DNA of 64,000 nucleotides, from assembly GCA_964247055.1 (NCBI GenBank), contig OZ176054.1:11284001-11348000 (forward strand), given 5' to 3'. Position numbers and translations under genes: made by a program. Positions 50,926 to 64,000 of this stretch are shown here, in pieces. The notes under the pieces were generated by a model, which saw nothing but the letters and a program-made list of their open reading frames with translations, was not told the DNA's origin and made no database searches. Each line of letters begins with the position of its first letter. The stretch's first letter is position 1. This DNA is from Paragordius varius. Taxonomy: Eukaryota; Animalia; Nematomorpha.

Positions 50926-52211
50926 GTTTGATAATTTATTTTCCAAATCAACTATTTATATTTTAACAAACACCTTATGTCACCAAAGATTGAAAATAAG
51001 ATCAAGATATATAAAACATCTTTTAAGGTTTTGAGTATCGCCAAATATAAATAAATTTATTTGAATTATAAATGTATAATTATACAAAATATTCATAATA
51101 TTATGTTTGAAATTAACATTCTTCTTATTGATATTAATACAGGTAATTTGTTTATATAGATGCGGTGTGCGTTCATGCTGATCATATAGATGAAGAATAG
51201 TATGAGATGCAATAATTAAATGCAAATAGAAAGTTTCATCACCATCATTTTCTAGGTAGATTCTATCAACTAAAATATAAGATAATTAATATATTAGAAA
51301 ATTGATACCTGGCTAAAAGTATTTTCAACACAAATTGGGGGCTAAAACATTCAAAGTTTGAAAGAGAATAAGTAAGGTTGACTTGGCTTTTTAACAACTA
51401 AATTTGCAAAAAAATATTTTCTTCATGATAAAAAATTCAAAAATGATACTTTATGTTTTTTTCCTTCTACCATCCTAAACTATATATAAAAAAAACTATT
51501 CTTCACCAAAGCAAACAATGTTAGTGTTGCCTGCTTAGTTTTTGTAGTGCTGTTGCATTCAAAGCTTTTGAAAATAAATATTTGTTTCTATTCTCTATTT
51601 TACGTCATTGGTATGGTGAAATCATATAAGCCTTTTCATATTTATAGTTTAGAATAATAGAACGAAAAAAACATAAAGTATCATTTTTGAATATTTTAAC
51701 ATGAAGAAAATATTTTTTTGCAAATTTAGTTGTTAAAAAGCCAAGTCAACCTTATTTAGTTCTCTTTCAAACTTTGAATGTTTTAGCCCCCAATTTATGT
51801 TGAAAATACATTTAGAATCCAGGTATCAATTTTCTATATTAACTATCTTATATTGTAGTTGATAGAATCTACCTAGAAAATGATGGTGATTGAAATTTTC
51901 TATTTGCATTTAATTATTGCATCTCATACTATTCTTTAATCTATATGATCATCATGAACGCACCGCATCGTATATCAATTATATAAACAAATTACCTGTA
52001 TTAATATCAATAAGAAGAATGTTAATTTCTTAGTTTGTGGACCCTGTGTATATGAAAAATTGATGTCCTATAATCCGACATTTTACATTTTTTGAAAAAC
52101 TAGCCCATTTTAAAGGATTCTAAAAAAATTTAATTTTCGGAGTTGCGAAAATGGTAAAATTAATGCTTTTTCACATTGCATAATTGGATTTAAATACATC
52201 TGTATAAGTTA

Positions 52212-55200
52212 CAGTGGCATACCGATGGGGGGGGGGGGGGGGGTGCATCATGCCCCGGGCGCCGTTATTTAGGGGCGCCCAAATGATTTTTAATTAAATT
52301 TAAATTTTTGGTAAAATAACAACAACTTTCAAGTAAGATTTTTCAGCAATTTACGTATAAATCCCTAAAATAATATAAAAATTATATAAATGAGATCAAG
52401 ATTAAACTATGCAAAAAACAACTTTCATTATTCCCTTCAACATGTGCAAACTTATTTTTTCGCTTAAAAAACGTATTCTTTTATTGTCTTAAATTAAATT
52501 TTAACTTTTCTATCTGTTCAAAACCTTATCTCTTATTATTATAATTTATAATTACATTTTTATTTTAATCATATTCAATTTCAAAACCCAATTTTATTTA
52601 TTGAAATCTCCAACATCATTCCATCTCTAACAAGGTAGGTTTTTGTTATTAATAATATATTTTTTATAATTACTTTTATTTTCATCAGATATCAATGCCT
52701 AAACTCACCGATTACGCAGATAGGAAATGTAAAATCCAGGAAGAGAATAAAACAAATAAAATGCGAATATGAAATCTTATTTAAATATCTGACCATAACA
52801 AAAGTTTATGCGACACAAACCTAACGGTACCCCTTAATAATAGTAACTTACACCTGAAACCCTATTTATTGATTTTATAAACAGATATGTAAAAACTACA
52901 AATTATATACCATTAGTAAATCTAAGCGCTATACCTATATAAAGTTTAATGATGGCGCCTTCTTAAAATTTACTAATAATCTCCCGTAATATCTAATCAA
53001 TTTCGCACAGGATCTCAATTTCAAAATAAATGCAATCTCTTTAAAACAAAAAAACATAGTCCAGCGGCCCAATCTTGGTTTTTTCAACTTATCGGTAAAA
53101 AAGAAGGATTTGAAGAATTCACCAAAGAACAGATCTGCGTATTGTTATTATTGCTCACTTTTTATCGATCTAATTCTTTACCTTCATCTTTAATAATTAC
53201 GCATGGTTTCAATGGAGGAAAAAAATAAATTAATCCATTATAAAAATAGCCTCAATCACCGGAAAGCATTTAGTACTTGGAAAGAGGCAGAAAAAGATTG
53301 ATAAATAAAATAGGAATTGCTCTAGAAGCTCACATAATCGGAAAAAGATATATGGCGAAATATTTTACATCGAATATTGGCCTGCAAGAAATTTTTAATC
53401 ACCCAAAATCTCCCTTTTCGAGGACATATTGAAAAATGTATCTAGATGACTCAGCACCAAATCGAAACCTCTTAGTATTAAAACTCTTCGCTCAGTTTGA
53501 AAAATTATTGAAATAACAATATTGATTTAAAAAATAATTGGGAATCTATAAACGAATTTTACAATAAGATTATAATGGATCAGATCTTTTTATAGAAATT
53601 TGTGATTGTAGGATGTTATTCCTAAGTCGAAAAGATGTCGAACCTAAAACTCCGTTAGAACTCTAAACCTTTATAATTTCATACGGCGAAGATGTATACC
53701 TAATTTAAGGGTTGCACTTCAAATACTTTTAACCATTTCAACGACAGTCGCTAGTTGTGAAAGGTCATTCAGCAAAGAAATTAATTTCAACATATATTCA
53801 ATCGCGATGTGTCATAACTTAATATGGTTGTGTGTGTGTTACATAAATTTTAAATATATATTTTGTTTGTATGCTATAGTTTTTTGTAAGATTTGCACTA
53901 TCTTATTTTTATATTTATATACTATGTAAATATCATGTTACTCAAAATTTTATTGTATCATGCAAATTATGTTCACTTAAAAATAGTATATATAAAGCAC
54001 AAAATACCGAATATATCATATTTTTGTTACCTTTTAACATCTGGTGGTCATTCGAGTTCCGAAATAAGCTAGTGCTAGTGGAAGTTTTACCGATATCCGA
54101 ACGAACATGGCAACGCCAATTGCCAACCTCGCTAACTTATGCATCGAGAAATATAATGATAATATCATTGAGGAATACGTTGACTATAAGACAAATGTTA
54201 TGGAGGCGAAAGAAATCCCTGTAACAGAACAATCTCTCAAAGCAACTTGTTGCCTATGGTGGTCTATTGGTTGTGCTCAAAATAAATCAACGACTGTATC
54301 CCAAAAAAATAAAAGATGCATCATGGAGCGAGATAATGATAACTTGTTTAAAAGTATTTAATCCCACAAAATCAAATTTTAAAGCGGATTTGAATTTTTT
54401 CGACTTGTGCGAAGCAACGCTGAATTTTTCACCCAATTTTTAGAATGGGTTAAGATCGCAGCCGGAGAGGCCAAATTTAATGATTCGACTGAGGAACGTA
54501 TTCGGGATGCTTTCGTCATTGGTTTACGGCAACCGCAATTGGAAATCGATATACATTCAAGGTATCCCGATTCCGAGATCAACAGACAACCCGTGTCTCT
54601 AAAAACGATAGTGGATCTCGCACTAGCACGAAGCTACTAGAGCTGGCCTTCATAACAATAATGATAATACCAATTATAACAATGGTAAAAATTTAAATCG
54701 ATTAAACACACCAATAATAATAATACGGCCATGCGTTCACGACAGCCAACAGCAAAACATCTAACACATTCGTGCAATCGTTGTGGGAGTAGCCACGGAA
54801 CAAACAAATTTCCTGCTTGTAACCGCAATCGTAATAAATGTGGAAAACCCAACCACTTCGCTAAAATGTGTAGATCAAAAAACGCTGCCAAGAGTATGTT
54901 CAACCTCCAGATCCATAGAAAAGCAATGCCTACCTCACCATGGACCGTAAGAATAATGATAAACAACAAAGAACAAATATTTATCTATGAAACTCGAGCT
55001 GACATTAGTGTATAATCAGCTTTGAAACCTGGAAACAAGTTGGCAAGCCAAATATTAAACCCATACCGCCAGTAAAAGCCTACAATAATAATATAGTGCC
55101 TCTACTGGGCGTAACAACAGTCACAGTGCAAATCAATGGGCAAAACTTGGGGGACGCAGAATGTTGTGTATTGAAAGAAAAAAAGTCAAAGGCATAGCTC

Positions 55201-58200
55201 ATTTGTGGCTTGGATTAGATCACGAGATTCTACATCGACGGAATTAACTTTCTTAAACTTGATAAAATTATTGAAAATTTATTAATCTATTTAAACAGGA
55301 ATTAGGCTGTTACATTGAGCCGGTTAAAGTTCATATGGCATCCAATACCTCCCCCAATGTTTGGCCTTGTCGCTGAGTACCGTTTCCCCTAAGAGTAAAA
55401 GTTGAAAACGAAGTGCTAAAATTACAAAAGTTAGACATTTTGGAGCCAATATATCCCAACCTTACACCTCTGACATGGGCCATGCCCACCGTTAATGTGC
55501 TAAAAGAGAATGGAAAGGTAAGAATTTGTAGCGATTTTAGAGTTACGATCAACAAGTGGCTGACTGAGGACTCTCATATTCCAACGATTGATGATTTAGT
55601 AAGTAAGATTGGCGAAGGCCAAGTTTTCACTAAGATTGATCTGAAAGATGCCTATCTACAAATGCCCATAACTAAAGAATCACAACACCTCCTAACAATT
55701 GCAACTCACAAGGGATTTTTCCGCTACAAAAGGATGCCTTTCGGACTGTCAACAGCACCAATAATTTTCAACGAGTCATGACCAGGTTATAAAAGATTGT
55801 CCCGGCACTTGTGCATATTTAGATGATGTTTTAGTAACTGGCAAATCTGAACAGGAACATTCAATAAATCTTAATAATGTTTTAAATCGGTTAGAATTAG
55901 CAGCTTTTAGATTAAGAAAAGATACAATAAAATTAGGTGAACTCAGTAAGTTATCTGGGATTTAAAATAAGTAATAAAGGTATAAGGCCCTGCAAGAATA
56001 AAAAGCAATCAATGATTTTAAAAAACCTGTGGATAAAAAAACTTAAAAAGTTTTCTAGTAATTTTAACTTTCCATGAAAGATTTATAACCAACCTTCAAT
56101 TAAGTGTAATGGAATTACATAGTTTAACGAGTAAGAACGTCAGATGGAACTGGTCGGAAAAACACGAGAAAAGTTGGAAAGCAGCGAAGGAATTATTAAG
56201 TAAACAAGTATTTTTAACACCATACAATCCGGATAGAAAGTTAGTAATTGAAACCGATGCCTCAGATATAGGGTTTGGATGTATTTTAAGTCATGTTGTA
56301 AATGAGTAAAGGAAACCCATTGCCTATGGTTCAAGAAAATGTACCGATTGAACTACTCTACGATATTTAAGATGGGTTAACCGACTGAATGATTATGATT
56401 TTAAATTAAGTTATCAGGCGGGTCCGAAAATTAAAGCCGATTTGTCAAGATGTCCCGGTAAAGATAATGTTGACACAATTGATAGAGATTACATGGTAAC
56501 AAGACATCTTAGGTTCCTAAATTGTCATAACGTTCATTTAATGGGATCCGGAGAGAGGCAGTTAAGGATAAAATTTTGCAGAAGGTAATCAAGGCTATTC
56601 ATAATCAAGATTGGAGTGATGTTGAGTTAGGTGAGTTTACGAACCGTAAAGGAGAAATTTCGTACCAATACGGATTGCTAAGTTTAAATGATCGAATCAT
56701 CATTCCAGAAAGCTTACAGGCGAATGTGGTTAATTATTTGCACAGCGGGCATAATATAATAATGTAGAAACGATGAAAGCAATGGCAAGGTGTACATGTT
56801 TTTGGTCAAAATTAGAGAACGATTTGGTAAGAAGTTATAGTGAATGTAGTTCGTGTCAGGTAAACAAACCAAGCCTATGTGAAAACCCCAGTTACCCATG
56901 GGATCCAAATGATGCAATATGGGAGCGCCTACACATTGATATAGCCGGACCAGTTGACGGGTATTTTTAGGTGTTGATTGATAGCGCATCAAAATGGTCG
57001 GAAGGGTTTATGTTAAATCGGGTTATTTCGGTAAATATATTGCACAAACTCGAGGAAACCTTTGCCAGGTTTGGGTTTCCGAGGACGGTAATAAGTGATA
57101 ACGCTTCCTACTTTAATAATTCGTACTTTACATTAACCCTGACAAACTTGGGAATTAAGCATGTGAGACTAACCCCCTATCATCTTAAAAGTAATGGGAT
57201 GGTAGAAAGGTTAGTGGGGACCCTAAAGTGCAAGTACAGAAAAATCAAAAATTATAATATTACACCGCAGGAAGCTTTTAATACTACTTTATGGTCTTAC
57301 CGTAACTCAATTCCCGCTACCACAAAAACCCCCTTCCAACTACTCTTTAACCGAGTCTCCCAAACACCCCTGACCTGGATTAACACAAAAACAACAGCCT
57401 TAGACGCATCCCTGATGAAAAACGAACAAAGTCCTGGATGGCGAGCCGGCGAGGTTGTTGATAGAACCGGTCTCCTTTCGTACAGTGTGTGGGATCAGGA
57501 AAACCAGTAGATGGTCAGAAAGCACGCGGACCAGTTAAAACATGTACCAACCGCCAACTCAAATACTCCGGTCACTCAAAACAATAATAGTAATAACGAC
57601 AATTACAGTAATAATAATGGTAACAGTATTGATAAAAATAATAATAGTAATGACAATAATAATGATAAAATAAATGGTAATAATAATGAAAGTAGTAATG
57701 ATAATATTAATGAAAATCCGCACGAGCGTCGTTACCCTGAGAAAATTCGGCAGAAGCCGATCCGGTTCTTCTAAGGGGGAAATGATGTTACATATGCAAT
57801 TTTAAATATATATTTTGTTTGTATGCTATAGTTTTTTGTAAGATTTGCATTGTCTTATTTTTATATTTTTGTACTATGTATACTCAAACTTTATTATATC
57901 ATGCAAATTATGTTCACTTAAAAATAGTATGTAAAAGCACAAAAAACCGATAAATATCATACTTTCGTTACCTTTTAACAGTGTGGAAAAAAAAATTTAA
58001 TATGATAGATTTTAATGATGTGTTTGATAATTTCGCAATATCAAAAGCCAGAAAATTTTTTTGAAATATTTTTTCTTAGTTGCCTCTTTCCATTCCAAAT
58101 AGTAAAATCTCATTAATATACTTAATATTTTACGGATTAAATAAATCGCATTACATAAATTGTCATAATTTTTAATTCCGTTAAAATCTGTATTGTAAAA

Positions 58201-58358
58201 TTAGCCCAGATTTACAATTATTTTTAATCATTATTGTTCGCCATTATCATCCATTCAATATATGCAATTAAAATCAATGTCTATTATTTTTATAAATATA
58301 ATTTCAATATTATAGTTATTAGATTTACATGTATGTATTTGAGTATGAATAAATTTAG

Positions 58359-58393
<35 letters not shown>

Positions 58394-58524
58394 GATTTAA
58401 AATTTATATGACTGTGATGTCTTATCTATGGTTAGGTTGCAATGTTTTAGTGGCTTTCAAAAAAGGAGAGGGGCGCCAAAAGAATTTTATGCCCCGGGCG
58501 CCGCAAATGCTCGGTACGCCACTG
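52212..58524 (+). mobile_element. Duplicate of the Tip100/ZMYM1-like hAT
   Basis: CAGTGGCATACCGA at 52212 and TCGGTACGCCACTG ending 58524, flanked by ATAAGTTA and ATAAATTA. Confidence 0.88.
53837..57980 (+). mobile_element. Duplicate of Gypsy A
   Basis: LTRs 53837-54039 and 57786-57980, same GTGTG TSD, most inactivating lesions shared; the integrase ORF 56971-57510 lacks the frameshift seen near 9287 in copy 1. Confidence 0.96.
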
Positions 58525-60943
58525 ATAAATTATATTTGAAATTGTCGAAACACTTTTGCATTTTTTTGAGCAGGTAATTCAAATTTTCACCCCTTTAAAA
58601 CTAGTGTTTAATATTATGGTTTATATGAACCTATTTATTGATAAAGTTGCGCATTTGCGAATTAGAAAAATAATGAAAGCGATTTTTAACATATTTTACG
58701 GCAATATATATGATCAATTTTGAATTAACTTTAGACCCAATTGTTTAATATAAAAATAACTTTAAATTCGACAAATTTATTTATTGATATAAATGATGCA
58801 TAAATCACATGAATGATTAATCCCTGAAGCAAATTAATTTTTAAGAATTGATGAATTGCATATTACTTATCGTCACCAGAACCAGAACCAGACCAATAAT
58901 CGCTTGCTAAAAGTTAAATATAAAATATATTTTAAAGATAAATTATCGTCGACATATTTCGATTATAAAGCAGCCCTAAGTAGTCTTGGAATTTTAAGTT
59001 CGTCCCTCACTAATTTGTTGAATGATAAGGTTAATTAGTTAAAACTTCTTTAGCCCGCTTTTGTTTTCTGCCTCATTCAAACAGAGATTAAAAAATATCT
59101 CTTTGGTATTAGGACAAATTAGAAATATTTTTGAAACTAATAAAATCACAAAAATATCTCAAATTTTAGGCTGCCAAATTTTTCCATTTTTTGTTCAATC
59201 ATCATACATTAAAAACTTAAAACAATATTATAATTAAAAATGCTCTTGATTATTTAGACCAATTTTATTCTTATAAACTTAAATATAAATTTTTTTATAA
59301 AACCCATTCTAAACTAAAATTGATTTTAGTTAATAATAATCATTGTTGAACCAATAAAGCAATTACAAAAAAAGTTTTCAATGACTTTATTGGATGACGG
59401 AGCATTTTAAAACTTTAAGGGGATTAAAAATAGATTAATATACCATTTACATCTCCTTAAACACTTCAATTTACCCTCCAATTTAAATTCACCCTAAAAT
59501 AAATTATGTCTTAATTTAACTAATTAAAGGTATAGTTTTTTATTTTTTGATGTTATTTTTAAACAAAGTTATATTTAAGAAATCCACAATAAAGTATGTG
59601 ATTTCCAAAAACATAATTTACTAGGGTATTTGATATGTTTAAGGGTAAATTTGAAATGTTTAAGGATGAATTTGAAGTGTAAATGGTAATAGACTATGTG
59701 CAAAATAATTTTTAACAAAATATTTTTTTTTGATGAAATAGCTTATGACCAGCGTATTCATTTCCCAATTTTCATTTGTTTACGACCTAATTTTTGAAAT
59801 ATTCAGATAAAAACGAAATCGGGCAAAAAGTTAAAATTAGGATTATTAAGGATAATTGAAAAAAAAATGATAATAGTTGAGATATTATGGATTATTATCC
59901 TTTTAAGAGATACTTTCAATATATATAAATAGCCTAAAATCATAAAAATCAGGTTTCTATAAAAACTCATTTCAAAAAATGACGTTTTTCTTTTAACACA
60001 CTCCAAAGACAAAAAAATTTCATGAAACTATACTATGATAATTTTTGATTATTTACTAGCTAAGCTCACAATTAAAATCTTAACATTCATATTTATTCAG
60101 TAAAAATAACTTTTATATCAAAATAAAACTAAAAAATATTGTTTATTTTTTCATTTTTTGTCATCTGGTTTATGACGGTATAAAATATTTATACTGTTTG
60201 ATTTTTGAATCTTACATTAATGGAAGTTAAGTATATAATTTATGCAAAATAGGATTTAAAAGTAGTGGAACATTAACCAACAATCGCTACAAATCCCAGT
60301 AACAAGTTTGTTTTAACACAAATTAATATTTTTACTGGGATATGTATGGATTTTTGGTAGATTTTCCACTACTTGTAAATTTAATTTTGCATTAATTTAT
60401 ATACTGTGAAATTCCAAAATAAGATTTTTTATACCATCATAAACCAGATGACAAAAAAATGAAAAAATTAAAAACAATATTTTTTAGTTTTATTTTGATA
60501 TATGGAAGTTTTTTTAATAAATAAAATAGAAGTAGCCAGTAAGTAAAAAATTTTAATGTTTTCATTTTTCGTTTTTTAAGTGTGTTAAAAGAAAAACGCC
60601 ATGTTTTGAACTGAGATTTTATATAAACTACCCTATTTATATGATTTAGGATATTAATAAATTAAATCCCCTTGATAAAAACCATGAAACTTTTATCATT
60701 ATTTTTTTAATTCTTAATTTTCACTTTTTGCCCGATTTCGATTTTCTCTTTAATTTCAAAAATATTAAAATTTTTGTGGGAAATCAATTCACTGGTTATC
60801 TATCTCATAAAAAAAATTTCTATCGTTAAAAAAATAACCCTCTTTTTTGCACACGGTGTATATATTTTGACAATATTGAAAAAAATTATAGAAATTAATT
60901 TCATAAAATCTAAAAATAAGACATATTATAGCTTAAAACTTAC

Positions 60944-61144
60944 TATCTAACATTCCAGTTTGAACCAATTCATATTTGCTTTTGGGAAATTTCGCAATAT
61001 AAGGCAAATTAAATTTGCAATGTTTTTTTGTAAGATTTTCATGGTGAATGAACGAGTATAGACAATACATCTTGTAATTTTCATGTTCAATTTCATGAAA
61101 ACAGGCTTTTGACCAAACTAATGATTCTTTTGTTCTTTCTTGTT
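60944..61144 (-). CDS. Gene 3 exon B
   Basis: 201 nt, phase 1-1, QERTKESLVWSKACF...YELVQTGMLD, donor A|GTAAGT. Confidence 0.85.
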
Positions 61145-61947
61145 CTAAAAATATCCAAAAATATTTAGTATCACCCAATATTAAATTGTTTTACAGAAAA
61201 AATTAAAGTTTTACATAAATAATAAGCATTATTTATCTGGCTTATTCACACATTATAAATAGTAGAGTGTACGGGAAAAGACAAAAAAAATGTAAAACAA
61301 AATACACAAAGTAATTTAAGATAGGAAAAAATTGTTTATTCAACATTTAGTTGTTTTTTTCATACACTAACAAGTGTGTTGTCAATGTACCAACTGTAAT
61401 GTGAATAAGCCAGCATTTAAATGCATACTGTAATAAATATGAAAAAAAAATATCAAAGTTCTCTAAATTAAAAAAGGGAAAGAATTTTAAGGAATCGGTT
61501 ATATGATCATATGATTTATGTCGTAAAAGTTAGACATTGTATAAGAAAAAAAACATTTAGTTTCAGAACTCTGAAATGTTTTGAAAGAGTATCTAGGAGT
61601 AAAAACACAAAGGCATAACCCACATAAACATTTTTTGATCATTAAATCCAAACTCAAATTTGAATTCAAAGAAATGGCCGTCTAACTTTTCGATTATCTT
61701 TCATAAACTTGACTCAAACGTATAAAAAATTAAATCAAACCATGTGCAAAGGGTCGTCATCAAAACGAATCTACCAACCAGTTATTTATGTTTGAAAACA
61801 GTTCCTTTATGGTTTATAAACCGAATCAAAATTACAAAAGATCATCAAAAAATTTCCAAAATTAAAACAAACCCTTTACAAATTTTGTTTAAAAAAACCC
61901 GAAAAATAATTTCCATTATTTTACATGTATATGTATATATATCTTAC

Positions 61948-62256
61948 GAATATAAATAAATCCATCAAAAACTACAGTAGAGTTATCTTTAGAGGTACAC
62001 ATGACACTTTTATTATTATGAGCAAATTTGGCCACAAAAGACTTCTCCCAGATATATCCATTTGTATCGCGGTATAAATAAGGCTGATTGTCATAGAGAT
62101 ATTTGCTATGGAGTAGGGCTTGATCTTCGTTAATCGTTACTTGCACATAACAGTCCGTAATATTAACGGTTATGTTAAAATGTTTTCTAAAGTCTTTTAG
62201 CGATTCCATTATGTTTGTACCGTATTGAAATTGTAATTGGGCGTTATAATTGTGTT
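61948..62256 (-). CDS. Gene 3 exon A (upstream exons beyond window)
   Basis: 309 nt, phase 1-1, HNYNAQLQFQYG...HNNKSVMCTSKDNSTVVFDGFIYI. Confidence 0.88.
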
Positions 62257-62633
62257 CTAATAACATAAGCTTCTATTAAAACATGCACGTAAATGATAAT
62301 AATATATCATTTGCACCTTCATTTGATATATTACGCCGATTCAAGTTGGTGATTAAACATTTTAAGCTTTGATAAAAAAAACAATGCAAAAATATTATTC
62401 CTACTGAAAAATGATATCTATTTTAAGATATTAGATTAATTTTCCACTTATAATTTTTTTAAAGCAACTTAAAAAGTTTAAAGACCTTAATTACTTGCGC
62501 AAATGATAAATATCAAAGTCGATTAAAAATAATGGCATAAACGCCTAGAAAATTGAAATTATGGCTGATAAAATATTTTAGAAAAGATAAAGTATAGAAC
62601 AATTTAAAAAAATTAAAATTATTACCTGCCAAA

Positions 62634-62680
<47 letters not shown>

Positions 62681-64000
62681 TAACAACTGAAATTATACAT
62701 TTTGGTTAAAATTAAATCCAATTTTTTTCTCCTATATCAGACAAAACTTGGGAATTTTTGCATTTTAACTTCTAAATTTCTAAAATGAGATACCTCCAAA
62801 ACCAACCTTGATATTAAAATCAATTATATCGTTCTAGTAAATTCTAATTGATTTTTAAAGTTAGTCCAATAAAAATATTTAAAGATATTAAAATTTTAAA
62901 TTTCAATACCAGTTCATAGAGAATTACTAAAAAACCTAGTGATGAAAATGTTTGAATCATTAAAAAATAGAAAATGTTTATAATATCTTAAAGTGTTTTT
63001 ATATCGTTTCTACCCTACTTCAACATAAAATGCATTTAAAAATTAAATAAAACGTATGATTTTTTTCAAACTTTTTTCGATTTCATCATCTATCATTTAA
63101 GAATTATTATCGCGCAATCTAAAAATTTTTGCGTTTTTTAAAAATAAATAACCGCTTTTAGAGGGACCAAAAAATTTTAGACTCTAGGAGTAACTAATTA
63201 ATCAAAATTTATAGACAACCTTGCTTTTTGAATGTAAATTATGTTGTATTCAAACAATGTTTTTTGGATTAATGCAGTTAGATATACGAAAAAAAAACTC
63301 TATGAATGTGCGCTGATTTTGCTATTTTTGATATCGATCCACAAGACAAAAGTATTTAATTTATCCTTCGTTAGCCCCAAACTTAGCATGAGAATTACAC
63401 ATTAATTTCTCATTATGAGATAATATATAGTTTATCAGGTTAAATATCCCGATTTTCTGTGCACTGAGATTAATAGGAGAATACATTGCAATATTTTACT
63501 TTAAATTGGGTAAAAATTAAAGTTTCCAATGAATTTGGATGCAAAATATATTTTCGACCTCAAAATATTTTGAGTTAAAAATATTCTCGAGATTATCAAA
63601 ATATACCACATTCGACCCATAATTGATATAAACACGTCAAATAAAACTTACTAGGCGTGAACGGTAGATATTTGTCCACGAAATCAATCTTCTTTTCTAA
63701 AATATTAAAAAAAAATTGTAATATGCATTGTAATTATATATTATATATGGAATTATTTTAATTAATTTGTAATGATCACTCATAATTTTTATTTTTTTAT
63801 TTTATCTGTGATTTGGCTAGGGTTAGATTTTTGGGTCAAAAATAAAAACCGGTTTAAAAAAATTTAAATTTTTAGATGTGGGCTCCAAAAGTCCCAAATT
63901 TTTTCCCTAGTAAAATGGGCTAGTTCTCTAAAATTAAGCTCATGCCTGGATTGAGCGATAAAAATATACTTTAAAAATGAGTTTTTTAAAAAATAATTTT

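Larger units (their letters stand above)
47923..64000 (+). repeat. Segmental/tandem duplication, copy 2 (runs off window end)
   Basis: Starts TTACCTTG at 47923 matching position 1 (10-bp indel nearby) and stays colinear to the window end, which corresponds to about 16220. Confidence 0.97.

Overview
Very AT-rich eukaryotic (probably invertebrate animal) genomic DNA with no prokaryotic features. Three layers. (1) A minus-strand tandem family of multi-exon genes that the ORF track fragments. One member can be spliced by hand into a complete 413-aa ORF over 7 exons (38858 to 27880, all GT-AG): signal peptide, four Cys-containing N-glycosylated modules bounded by phase-1 introns (three of them Ig-like), and a hydrophobic C-terminal exon. 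A second member lies at 20523-12999 and part of a third at 62256-60944. An inverted orphan copy of the hydrophobic exon is at 22479-22618. Both longer genes share an apparent 25-nt intron, and paralogous domains show patchwork hypervariability. (2) A recent duplication at about 47.9-kb spacing (1-16.2 kb repeated at 47.9-64 kb), near-identical up to about 11.86 kb and clearly more diverged beyond. (3) Dense nested, decayed transposons: two Ty3/Gypsy LTR elements (one duplicated), three hAT elements, an RTE-like LINE, a Chapaev3-like element and foldback MITEs, plus an unusual 100-115-bp tandem array carrying splice-site-like motifs. All alignments, translations and counts were done by eye; no database search was run.
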